DNA of 64,000 nucleotides from Phyllosticta citribraziliensis (Eukaryota): positions 930,001-994,000 of the forward strand of contig NW_027117347.1 of the NCBI RefSeq assembly GCF_038025025.1, read 5' to 3'. The position numbers and the translations under genes were made by a program. This document shows positions 36,543-46,775 of this stretch, one piece after another (position 1 is the stretch's first letter; each line of letters begins with the position of its first letter). Below the pieces are notes generated by a model. It saw nothing but the letters and a program-made list of their open reading frames with translations. It made no database searches and had not been told where the DNA came from.

Positions 36543-38001
36543 ATGGACTCTTTCAGCCACACCGTCGGGGCCTACCTTAAACCGCATACTACTGACTCGC
36601 CCCTGCCATTCGTCACACTGGGAGCAGTCGACAAGTCGGGTCAGTATCTTGGCGAGATAGGGGAGTGCAAAGAGCAGCGCTGACATCTGGACAGGCGCCT
36701 TTTACTACGAAAAGTTCTTTGGAACCGATTGCAGCACTGCGGCTGGGCCGCAAGACACCAGCTCCGTCCATTGGGTGGCTTCCTGCTCAAAGCTGGTCAC
36801 GACCATTGCCGCGCTGCAATGTGTTGAGAAGGGACTGCTGACTCTCGATGGCGACATTGGAGACGTGCTGCCTGAATGGAAGAATCCCAAGATCTTGATT
36901 GGTTTCGAGGACAATGGGGAGCCCATCTTGAAGCCTACGCAAAGTCACATTTCACTCAGGTACAGTATAGCGCAATGAACCCGCATCCCTTTGGCGACTA
37001 TTTACAGACCTTGTAGACACATGTTGTCGCGCTCGAGCGGAATGGCATATGCTTTTTTGGATCCATTGATGTCAAAGTATCAAGATTGGCATGGTGCAAA
37101 GCCTAAGAGCAACCTGACCATTGTAAACACTGGCGAATGCGGTAGTTACAGAATTCCAACGGCTAACGAAGGAACCAGAAAGATTCCTTCGACGAGATTC
37201 TCATTTTCGAGCCCGGGACAAGATGGAGATATTCCCCAGAAGCCGAATATGTCGGCCTGTTGGTCAGTAACCCACGATCCCGTCCCTTGGAATCCCAAGC
37301 TAAAGGACCCGCAGGTCGAACGTGTGAACGGCGGGATCAAACTCGGCGAGTACATGCGCCGCAATATCTTCGAGCCCCTCGGCATCAAGGACATGACGTT
37401 CCATCTCGAAGACCGCGAGGACATGCGCAAGCGGTTGGCTCGCATGTGGCAACGCACGCCCGATGGAGGCCTACAGATGCGCAACGACTGGTTCATGCCC
37501 GACCCCGTCATCGACGACTTCGGCGGCACCGGACTCTACGCGACTGCCCCTGAGCTGTTGAAAATTTACGCGGCACTCCTCCGCAATGATGAACGGTTGC
37601 TGAAGAAGGAGACGGTCGATCTCATGTTTACTCCGCACATACCGACGACGGTCGATTTCGACGATGCGCGCAAGGCGTCGGTCTTTGTCCGCAACAGTGT
37701 TTTCAACAGCATTCCCGACGACGCGGCCGTCAACTCGGGGCTTGGTGGCGTGTTGAACACGACGGCCGTGCCGGGACGGAGAGGTGCACCTTCGCTTACC
37801 TGGTCTGGCATGAGCAATTGCTTCTGGGTTAGTATTGTTCCCTGATTCCTCTACTTTGTTCTGACTTGCTTTTATTAGTGGATCGACAGGGCCAATGGAA
37901 TCGCTGGCGTTTTTCTATCGCAGTTCCTACCGGGTGGAGACAACAAGACGATTGAACTGCTGTCAAAGTTTGAAGAGGCCGTCTACGCTGCTCAGAAGTA
38001 G
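36543..38001 (+). CDS. Beta-lactamase-fold serine hydrolase / LovD-like transesterase, 6 predicted exons
   Basis: SxxK motif in WVASCSKLVTTIAALQCVEKG; ISLR|HMLSRSSG; LIFEPGTRWRY; LGEYMRRNIFEPLGIKDMTF; WSGMSNCFW|WIDR. Five GT-AG introns restore the frame. Confidence 0.88.
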
Positions 38002-38504
38002 ACAAGTAGACGAGGAATCAATGAAAGCTACGGGGATTCTATTTGTGTGAGCCCGACGAGAAAAGAGTCGATGATTTGTATATTATGCAGTTCTCCAAAG
38101 ACATTTAGCAAATGAGAAGCGGCATTGTAGATTGAAGTATGGTAGTGATTCGGATCAAGTAGCAAAAGGCAGTTGGTGGAAACAGAAAATTCCAGGGCAA
38201 CACGGTGGACCCATCGGTGACTCCGCAGTGACCAGCAAACACCGAACTCCTCGATTATCCTCACTCCGCACTAAATACGCAGTCGTGAAACCGCTCTACC
38301 GTTCTTTCGCAGGCGATGCACACCCCTCGTCTTCCCCTGTTCACTCCCGCGGCTGTTGCAGCGCCTCAGTCTTCCTTTACCATCACTTGCAAAATTCAAA
38401 CCCCTTGACATATCCCTTCCCAAAAATATGAGTGCTCTGCTTAGAACGCTAGATTCTGCTGATGTGGGGGTGCCAGGGATGAGGAATCGGCCAAGAATTC
38501 GGCC

Positions 38505-38512
38505 AAAAAAAA
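38505..38512 (-). terminator. Pol III oligo-T terminator of the tRNA
   Basis: T8 run just 3' of the tRNA discriminator base on the minus strand. Confidence 0.8.
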
Positions 38513-38513
38513 G

Positions 38514-38639
38514 TACACCGGCCGAGACTTGAACTCAGGACCTTCAGTGATCACCACCACAGTCAACCCCTGCTTCAGAGCAAGGAATTGGTGCTGTCTG
38601 ATGTTAGACTGACGTGATAACCAACTACACCACCGGTGC
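38514..38639 (-). tRNA. tRNA-Val(AAC) with 52-nt intron (38550-38601)
   Basis: Acceptor stem GCACCGG/CCGGTGT; D arm TGGTGTAGTTGGTTATCAC; anticodon stem TCAGT/ACTGA around CT-AAC-A; T arm CTGAG-TTCAAGT-CTCGG. The intron sits after position 37. Confidence 0.92.
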
Positions 38640-39390
38640 TGCTTGGTTGTGAGATAAGATGAGGCGCAGAAAATATATATTCTACTATTTTTTGAGTTCC
38701 CGACACCTGCGGCCAAAAACAGAAGTTTTGGGCCAGATTGCCGTTTCTATGGTTGAACATTCTGTTAACATAACAATAACAGTCGACTCCGAGAGTACTC
38801 CCATCGCGACAGTACTACATGCGCGAAAACAAGGGATGAGATCACAACTCTGGTCGGCGAAGTAATGCCAACACAACAAACGATTGATCCCGACTCGACT
38901 TTATCAACACGATTCGCCGTTTCGTTTGTGAAATATGGTGGATGGGCCGGGTGGCTGGGAGTGTTCAATAACAAGGCGCATGTGTGGCTTCAACCCTCAG
39001 ATCGCCTTTCTTTTCCAGTGTTGAGCCTCCCTGGTCGACACGCATGTTAGGCGTGTTGCTCGCTCTTGACTCCAGTGTCTCATCGCTCATGAGCAAGCAA
39101 AATTTGAAGTTTTTGTCTAAATTAAAAACACTTTTGCGATGCGATTTGTCGATGTCGTTGCCCGCGATCGTTGGGATGCGCGCTTACCCGCTCGGCTGAG
39201 AAGCTCCAATGATCCAACGCAACCACGCGGCAATCCTGCGGCCCGCTCCGCACCCAACCTCTTCTACCTGGACACCGCAGTCTTCCAGCAAACTCCGCTC
39301 ACTCGCCTCCGATATGATCATTCCGCGCTCCAGCGGCCTCGGACGAGGCGCACCGCCCACCACTTTGTCCATCGGTATTGATTGCGACGC

Positions 39391-40028
39391 ATGCCAGGAT
39401 TCCAAGAACACATCGAGGTGAGGACGACGCGCCTTTGTTTGCGCCGCTTGCGCGTGCAGGATGCGGAAGATGTCCATCTGATCCGGTCGCGTCTCAAGGC
39501 CATGGGTTACTCGTAAGTTTTCCACACCAGTCAGGCCTCGCGACCAAGGTGACACGCTGACCAAGCTGCAGTATCAGAGGCCCCGACACGAGCATCGAAC
39601 ACACGCAGAACTGGATTCGCACCGAATCGAGCCGTTCCAACACGCACAATCTCGGCATAGTGTTGCTGGACCCAGAAGAGGACTCGACTAGCGCTTCAAA
39701 CAACTCCAACAGACATAGAGTGATTGGCTTGGTAGGCGCAGTCGAGGCTCCAGAAATCGGCTACGTGATCCATCCGGATTTTTGGGGGCGCGGTCTGGCC
39801 ACAGAAGCCCTGCAGACGTTCATGCCACTCTACTGGGAGCAATTCCGGACCAAGTTTGACTTTGCTTTTGCCAAAATAGACCCGAACAATGGTGCAAGCA
39901 AGAAGGTGTTGCTGAAATGTGGCTTCAACCTGGAAGAGACGCAAACCATCGGCTTCGAAAACCCAAGTCTAGGCCTGACAGATATTGATATCTACCGCCT
40001 GCGGCGCCCAAGGCCCATTTGTCAATAG
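39391..40028 (+). CDS. GNAT acetyltransferase (RimJ/RimL, Acetyltransf_3-like), 2 exons
   Basis: IEVRTTRLCLRRLRVQDAEDV; intron GTAAGT...GCTGAC...GCAG; EIGYVIHPDFWGRGLATEAL and IDPNNGASKKVLLKCGF. Confidence 0.87.
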
Positions 40029-40189
40029 AGACAACTGTCTGCAACGGGGCAAAGTGTTCCTGGAGGACGGTCCAGAACCTTCGGGCCAGCTCGAGTAGCA
40101 CGGCAGGAGTTTGATGATACGGAGTTTTGCACATGGCAAACGGCCATTCTTCCACTTGGCTGAGCCTGGCTTTCGAAACGTCGTCCCGC

Positions 40190-40305
40190 AAGGGTGAAGA
40201 AAACAAGCCGGCCCGCCTGTGGCGCCTGTTGGAGGCTCAAGTCATGTGATTCTGCCCTGCGTCGGCAGCAGGGTACGTTGAGCCAGTTAGTGCGTCACTA
40301 CGAAG
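40190..40305 (+). pseudogene. Possible decayed Zn(II)2Cys6 DNA-binding domain
   Basis: KKTSRPACGACWRLKSCD, then after a frameshift PCVGSRVR*AS*C. The Ser codon AGC is one base from TGC. This resembles both halves of a binuclear zinc cluster, with wrong spacing and stops. Confidence 0.3.
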
Positions 40306-40962
40306 GATCCAGCGTCAGCCTCGCGATGAAAGAGGCGCAGGCCATGGCGGAGCGAATGATCAAGCACGAATCAGCCTCATCCAGCAGTTCAACACCCATG
40401 ACACTCCAGATTCACGCTCTGTCCGAAGCCCTGACTACGACTTTCGAACAAATGTTCCTTCTTTGGTCGCCTGAGTTCGCCTTGGTCTGGTGGTTTTGGG
40501 TGTTGAAGCAACCCAGGCTGCACACATGTGGCCTTGAGTCTGTCCTTCTGCCAACGAGGAGTCAAGCCTCAACGTCACTGCAGGAGGACTCGGCAAACAT
40601 TGGCCCCCAACGTACCTTTTTCTTCGCGCATGTCGAGTGAACAACGACCGTAGAATTGGAGACTTTCGCTCAGGTTTTCCAACTTGGATTATTCACAAAC
40701 TGCGTTTTCTCATTTGATATGGACGCAACTTTTGCTTGGCACTCCGGGAAAGAATCACGTTGCCTTGACATCACGAGCCCTGGAGCCTTCGGCAAAGACA
40801 GGCTCCATTAAAGGGTCGAAGATTCCTCATTGACTCACCACAAATCGATCGCCCTCGAACGCCTTGATTGTCCCGGCAAGACCCCTTTTGGCGTCATCTG
40901 GACGGCCGCAAAACCTCGACGACGTATTTAAGTCTAACTGGCCCGCTTCGCAACGAATCATC

Positions 40963-43008
40963 ATGCACCCGCCACAAACAGAGATGGAAGGATCAAAACC
41001 CAACCCTCGCGCCCCACTCCGGCTTCTCTCGCTCGACGGTGGAGGAGTTCGGGGCCTGTCCAGCCTCATGGTACTGGACGACTTGATGGAGAACATTGCG
41101 CTCGAAGAGAAGAGACTGGGCTTGCGTCAGACCAACGATAACGCACCGCTCAAGCCCTGCGATTATTTCGACCTCATCGGTGGTACCAGCACAGGCGGAA
41201 TCATTGCCATCCTACTTGGACGACTGCAGCTGGACATCAAGGCCTGCCTCAAGATTTACACCGAACTCGCAGAACAGATTTTCAAAAATGACAGGTCCTT
41301 CAATTTTGCTGGAATGAAGGTCCCCGTCGGCAAGACTCGTTTTTCTGGTGCAGTTCTCGAAAATGCCATCAAAAAAGCGCTCGTCAATCTTGGTTACGAC
41401 GAAAACGAGCTCATGTGGGACGATTCCCTGTTCGAAGAGCAAGGCGAGCAAAGAGACACGCAGGCTGATAGCATCTGGGCCGATGTTCCGGCGCCAGCCA
41501 TCACTGAATCACCGCAGGAAAGCCTCAAGGCAGAAAGCAGGGCTCCTACTCCAACAAAGTTGTCAAAATCCAAAACGACCAACAGCTTCTCTGAAGCCTC
41601 AACACTCCAATCTTTCAAACGCCACAATCGCAAAAATACTCCCACGTGGCGAGTACACCGGCATACGTCTGTACACCGAAAGCCCAACCAAAGAGGCTGT
41701 CGCACGTTTGTGGTCTCTGCTCTCAAAAATGCCCTTGGTCTTCCTCGCATCCTATCTACGTACGATCCCAACGACCGTCAGACAAGGATTTGGGAGGCTC
41801 TCCGTGCCACCTCTGCTGCTCCCACATTTTTCGAAGAAATGGCTTTTGGCACGCCTCGCATGACATATCTTGATGGAGGCGTCGGATTTAACAACCCTTG
41901 CGCCGAGGTCGACTACGCGGCCAAGTCAGTTTGGGAAGGCCGTTCGATTGGCGTCATAGTGTCTGTCGGGACAGGGCTCCAAACCATTCCATCGGTCAAG
42001 AAAGTTGCAAGTTGGCTTCCCTTTGGCCTGGGCACAGACATTGCGCTTGCATCTGCACTCGGCTCTTTGGCAACCGGCACTGCGCGAGTCGATAATGAAA
42101 TGCAGCGCATGTACTACGACACACCCACGCAGTACTACCGCTTCGATGTTGATGGCGGTCTTGCCAACATTTCCCTCGAGCAGTGGATGATGGAAGACGA
42201 AATGGCTGCTCTGACTGAGCAATACATGCGGGACTCGCAACAAATGCGCCGCGCCCAACAGTTCGGCGAACTCATCGTCAAGCTCTCCGCTCTACCGTCC
42301 AAGTTTGAAATCCCCGCGACCGCTTTCCGAGCCGGCATCACAGGCCGCGGCCTCATTGATGGCTCCTTCATCCAAGAAGAGCTCGACTTCAAAACGGGGT
42401 TCCCCCTCGGCGTCGTCCCGACTCTGAGCGAACGTCAAAACCTGTCCCAGCTCGCCACCACCTCGCCTTCAGGGCAGCGCGGTATCACTCTCGACTCCAA
42501 CGGCCGCGTCCGTGGCGTGCTACCCGTGGCGCTCGACCTCGACGGTGACGGCCGCCGCGAAGAATGCGCTGTCCTCACTTGCAAGCGCGCAGACAACGTG
42601 TGCCTTCGCGCTTTGCGCACTGGCATACCACCTGGCCACTACCGCGTCTCGTTCATCGTGTCGTTGTTCACACCCCAGCCGGACTGTACCATTCCATCAG
42701 AAATAGTCTTTTCAGTCGGGAAACCCTTGGACATGGCGACGTTTACGCATCGCATGGTCGATGTCAAGATTACCCCGGATGTGGTGCCAGTGCTGCTTGG
42801 TGTTGATGCTGTGCGCGTGCGTGTTGGCCGGAGCAGGTACGCAGAGATGAACGGCAAGGGCTGGATCGAGGTCAATGCGGACGTCGAGGTCGAGGTGGGC
42901 CTGGACGGCGCGCTGGGATTGCTTGTCACCAAGAGCTTCGAAAAGGGTGTCTTCGTGGGTGGATGGAGCTTTGGAGGTGTGAGATTGGAGCCAGTTGGCG
43001 CGCGGTGA
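40963..43008 (+). CDS. Patatin-like phospholipase with uncharacterised C-terminal beta-rich domain
   Basis: LSLDGGGVRG (oxyanion loop), YFDLIGGTSTGG (catalytic Ser), ATSAAPTFF and YLDGGVGFNNP (catalytic Asp). Single-exon ORF; the start may alternatively be at 40984. Confidence 0.9.
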   Translation: MHPPQTEMEGSKPNPRAPLRLLSLDGGGVRGLSSLMVLDDLMENIALEEKRLGLRQTNDNAPLKPCDYFDLIGGTSTGGIIAILLGRLQLDIKACLKIYTELAEQIFKNDRSFNFAGMKVPVGKTRFSGAVLENAIKKALVNLGYDENELMWDDSLFEEQGEQRDTQADSIWADVPAPAITESPQESLKAESRAPTPTKLSKSKTTNSFSEASTLQSFKRHNRKNTPTWRVHRHTSVHRKPNQRGCRTFVVSALKNALGLPRILSTYDPNDRQTRIWEALRATSAAPTFFEEMAFGTPRMTYLDGGVGFNNPCAEVDYAAKSVWEGRSIGVIVSVGTGLQTIPSVKKVASWLPFGLGTDIALASALGSLATGTARVDNEMQRMYYDTPTQYYRFDVDGGLANISLEQWMMEDEMAALTEQYMRDSQQMRRAQQFGELIVKLSALPSKFEIPATAFRAGITGRGLIDGSFIQEELDFKTGFPLGVVPTLSERQNLSQLATTSPSGQRGITLDSNGRVRGVLPVALDLDGDGRREECAVLTCKRADNVCLRALRTGIPPGHYRVSFIVSLFTPQPDCTIPSEIVFSVGKPLDMATFTHRMVDVKITPDVVPVLLGVDAVRVRVGRSRYAEMNGKGWIEVNADVEVEVGLDGALGLLVTKSFEKGVFVGGWSFGGVRLEPVGAR

Positions 43009-43663
43009 GTGTGTCGAGACGATTTCTTTCTGTCCACGGTTCGTCCTGCATTTCAGAGATATCCTTTCCCTGCATATGCACAGCAGCCGGAACTTTTGAT
43101 GGGTCTGTTGTGTATTCCTGTTTTTTTGTCCTATATCCCTATCTTGAGACAGCATTTTCGAAGCATTCTACGCGCAGCACATATACCCTACATCGCAAGT
43201 TATTATACGACTGGTTTTCTCCCCCATGTTCACATTTCCTCGAGATCACACGGGGATGATCACGAAATGGTCTGTGCCTCTGCAACTTGAGATCCGACGG
43301 TGGGTTGCGCCGCTTTTCTACTCCACCACTCGCCTTCTGACCCCGGTCCCGTTGACACGTCTCTCGCTCTTGCCGGTTTGGTGTTCGATACTCGCAGCTC
43401 AGTCCGCTTTGCCACGCAACGCCGGTCGATCCAAACTTTTTCTGGTGGTCTTTTTGTTCCTCTTCCCGGCTTTGGTCCACAAACTTAAACGATCCCCCCC
43501 GCGGGTCTCAACCAATTTACCTTCATCCAACTCTTCCTCATCCCTCCTGGTTTTGCATCAACACACACTCTGACCTCGACCAACCCTGATTCCACTGTGA
43601 GATTCTCTCTAAGGCAACCCTCTGACTTCATTTGATCAAATAGACTCTTGAAGCCTCCAGCAT

Positions 43664-43727
43664 GTAAGTTTGGCGTTGTGTCGAGCGGTACAACACAGAG
43701 GTTTGACTTCCTGACACGAAATTGCAG
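43664..43727 (+). other. Predicted 5'-UTR intron of Gag-like gene A
   Basis: GTAAGT donor at 43664, CTGAC branch point at 43711, TTGCAG acceptor ending 43727. Length 64 nt, ending 28 nt before the ATG. Confidence 0.6.
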
Positions 43728-43755
43728 CTGATTGATCTCGTATTTGAGAAAGAGC

Positions 43756-44478
43756 ATGGAGGAAAGCCAAAAAATCATTCTCTCCGAGTCGTCTGACTGG
43801 GATGCTTGGCTTTGCGCCGTCAAGATCCGCGCTCTCCAGCTGGGCACCTGGGACCTGATTGACCCCGCGAAAGAATCAAAGCCACGAGAAATCGCTCGAC
43901 CGAGCCCTCCCGAATGTCTTCAGGGTGACGAGAACTCTGAAACACACCAGAAGCATCTGGTGAAATGGCAGATCTACCAGATCCAGATGGAGCAATACCA
44001 GTTGCAGCAACGCGACCTTGGCTCGATTTCGGACTTCATCCTGCAACGAGTGTCTCCTTATTGGCTTTCCCGTCTGATGTTGCTCGCCAAATCCCATCAT
44101 CCTCTTGAGATCCTGCGCATCTTGCACGAAAGGATGACTCCCACACACTATGAGAGGATACACCTCTCGCAATCCGAACCGATAAAAGTTGACAAGATGC
44201 CCAAGGGTCCCAAGGAGAGCACGGTCTATGAGTGGCTCGACGCGTGGGATATGATTGAGGCAAGAAGCCGCTGGAGCCGGGATGAGATATGGAGGGATTT
44301 CCTGGCGGCCAGATTGGAAATGCTGGATGAGAAGTGGTACAAAGAGAACAAGTCTGCTGTTGACAAGGACTGGAATACGCGAGAGCTCATTGACAATTAT
44401 CGTCGGCACTGGAGAGACTCGCGAGCGCTGGACCTATGCAAATACGGATATGTTAGAACCACGCCGGAGGAGAGCTAG
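43756..44478 (+). CDS. Ty1/copia Gag-like protein A (240 aa, capsid region only)
   Basis: N-terminus IILSESSDWDAWLCAVKIRALQLGTWDLIDP...PSPP matches the pattern of ascomycete copia Gag N-termini. It aligns by eye with the ORF at 45582 (HHPLEILRILHERMTPT vs HHPWDILRLLQQKVAPT). Confidence 0.75.
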   Translation: MEESQKIILSESSDWDAWLCAVKIRALQLGTWDLIDPAKESKPREIARPSPPECLQGDENSETHQKHLVKWQIYQIQMEQYQLQQRDLGSISDFILQRVSPYWLSRLMLLAKSHHPLEILRILHERMTPTHYERIHLSQSEPIKVDKMPKGPKESTVYEWLDAWDMIEARSRWSRDEIWRDFLAARLEMLDEKWYKENKSAVDKDWNTRELIDNYRRHWRDSRALDLCKYGYVRTTPEES

Positions 44479-45489
44479 ACATGTTGCAGCTGAAAGATCA
44501 AGCCTAGGCAAAGCACTCATTCCCCACAACTAGCTTCAAGGCCACGACCGCGTTGTGGTTTCGACCTAGGAGCATAATGCTAGCAACCCTAAAATTAGGG
44601 GCCAGTTCGGCTAAGCCTTTCGACGCTGGAATTCGAAGCATCAAAACAGGCGAACACTGATCGCAAATGCCAGCCATCTGTAAAATTTGCCACTGCAGCC
44701 CTGGATCCTCTTGTTCTTACAGAGTGGCGAGCGCTCTACCGCAGTAACCCCTGCAGTCCATCATCGCTATCTTGTCTTTCACTGCACCTGGACGGACCTG
44801 CGACACCATTGCACGTACGCGAAAATTACACGTCGCTTGCCGCCCGCGGGAGAGGCTGTGCCTGAAGCCGTGCGTATGTCTTAATTGCGCAAGACCATTC
44901 TCTCGGACAGGTTTGCAGCATATATACACCGATCAGGGAGCCCGTCAACCAAGGAAAAGTCTTCAGTAACCAACCCCCTTTCTGTCGTTTCAAGTATAGA
45001 TTACTTCCTGCTACCACTGTACAATGTTTGAAGTTTCAATTTGAATCTTTGATCTGTGGATTAGGTGGTTGTTGCCCAGCGCCGTACGCCAGCGCGTTAT
45101 CAACTGTGTTGTCAATCAACCGCGCGCCACCACGCGTTCCGAAATGTAATAAGAACATATTCTTAACATGTTCCTCTCCTCTCTAAGTGACAACGTCCTC
45201 CTGCTTCCTTTGCTGATGCAGTTGGAGTTGCCCCTGATGCAGTGTAACATGCACCTCCATCATCCCTCACTTGCCCCCCACTTAACGTTTGATGAACGAC
45301 ATCAAAGCAGACTCAAACGCCGGCTTGTACGTCGACTCTTGCCTTGCTATTTTTGGACTCGGAAGGTCCGGAGGTATGCCGGTTCTTCGTTCAGTCCATC
45401 TGGCTTCATCCGAAAATTCTCACCAAGCCTGTTCGTCGTCCACCAACCGCCGCTGCTAGAGTCGCGAGCCCCGGAGGAACCTTGAACAC

Positions 45490-45563
45490 GTATGTCGAAC
45501 TTCCCAATAGCCTGTAACTGGCGATGAATTGCCTTTCTAACGATGATTCCTCATGTCTTCTAG
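45490..45563 (+). other. Predicted 5'-UTR intron of Gag-like gene B
   Basis: GTATGT donor at 45490, CTAAC branch point at 45537, TTCTAG acceptor ending 45563. Length 74 nt, ending 18 nt before the ATG. Confidence 0.65.
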
Positions 45564-45581
45564 CACACAATTTTTGGCGAC

Positions 45582-46775
45582 ATGGATGCGCGGCGTGTCG
45601 ACTTCGTACTTTCTCAGCCATCCGACTGGGATGTCTGGATATTCGTCATCAAGACACGCGCTCTATCTCAAGGCATCTGGAACCTGATCGATCCATCGGA
45701 GAAAAGCAAGCCACAGGAGCCCGGCGAACCCACAGCGCCCTCGTTCATGGACGACTTGAGAGCCGGGCGTTTGCAACTTTCATCCAAACAAGACGAGCTC
45801 GAACTGCAGCTCCGGATGGCACAGATGGCAGTGTACACCAAGGATCTGGAGGAGCGACATGCGCTACGAGGTAAAATCAACGCCATGGCCGAGTTCATCA
45901 TCGATCGCGTGTCCCTGGACATGCTGTGCTGGCTGGCGTACACGGTCGACGAGCCACGCCATCATCCGTGGGACATACTGCGTCTACTTCAGCAAAAGGT
46001 GGCGCCGACGGCGCTCGAGAGGGAGCGCGACATACGGCTCAAGATCAAGGAGCTCGAAGCGCAGCCGCCCAGCACCAAGACCCTTTGCGAGCACCTGGAG
46101 ACGTGGGACAGGACCATCGCTCGAGCCGCCAAGCACGGCGTCAGAGTCGACGGGAACGAGCTCGCGTCCGTCTTCCTCGGCTGCATCGCGCGCGTCAACG
46201 AGGCGTGGGCGGCGGAGCAGATGGAGTCTCTCATCATTGACGGCGAGGACACGACGGCGCGCTCGCTCATCGACAAGTTCCGCAGCGACCGCAAGGTCAA
46301 GGGCATGTTTGCCGCCAGGGGGCCGCCGCCACCGCCGCACCTCCTCATCAGCAACGGCGCTGCCAACGCCAGCAACGGCAGCGAATCGAGCTTCCCCAGC
46401 ACGACGCTGCAAACCCCCGACGCCGAGACCAGGTACAAGCCGCCGCAGCACCACCACCCGATGCCATGGCGCCCGCTCTGCCCATGCGGCAAGTACGAGT
46501 ACTTCCCCGACTGCGCATATTTCAACCGGGCGGCGCGGCCGCCAGGTTGGGTTCCCAATCCGGTCACGCAGGAAAAGGTGGCCACGTACCTCACGGATCC
46601 GGCCAACGCGGACAGGGTCGAAAAGTCGCTGGACCGATGGAGGAAGATCCAGGCCAAGTTCAATCCGGGCTGGAGGGGTCTCGGTGATGGCGATGATGGT
46701 GGTGGTGGTGGTGACGAGTATGATGCGAGGTCGGATAGTGCTCCCCTGTGGCGGCGCAATGACTCTGGGTGGTGA
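45582..46775 (+). CDS. Ty1/copia Gag-like protein B (397 aa, with degenerate zinc knuckle)
   Basis: VLSQPSDWDVWIFVIKTRALSQGIWNLIDP...EPGEPTAP, a helical body, and CPCGKYEYFPDCAYFN...RPPGWVPNP, resembling the CxCGxxHxxxxCxY...RPxGWxP knuckle region of fungal copia Gag. Confidence 0.8.
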   Translation: MDARRVDFVLSQPSDWDVWIFVIKTRALSQGIWNLIDPSEKSKPQEPGEPTAPSFMDDLRAGRLQLSSKQDELELQLRMAQMAVYTKDLEERHALRGKINAMAEFIIDRVSLDMLCWLAYTVDEPRHHPWDILRLLQQKVAPTALERERDIRLKIKELEAQPPSTKTLCEHLETWDRTIARAAKHGVRVDGNELASVFLGCIARVNEAWAAEQMESLIIDGEDTTARSLIDKFRSDRKVKGMFAARGPPPPPHLLISNGAANASNGSESSFPSTTLQTPDAETRYKPPQHHHPMPWRPLCPCGKYEYFPDCAYFNRAARPPGWVPNPVTQEKVATYLTDPANADRVEKSLDRWRKIQAKFNPGWRGLGDGDDGGGGGDEYDARSDSAPLWRRNDSGW

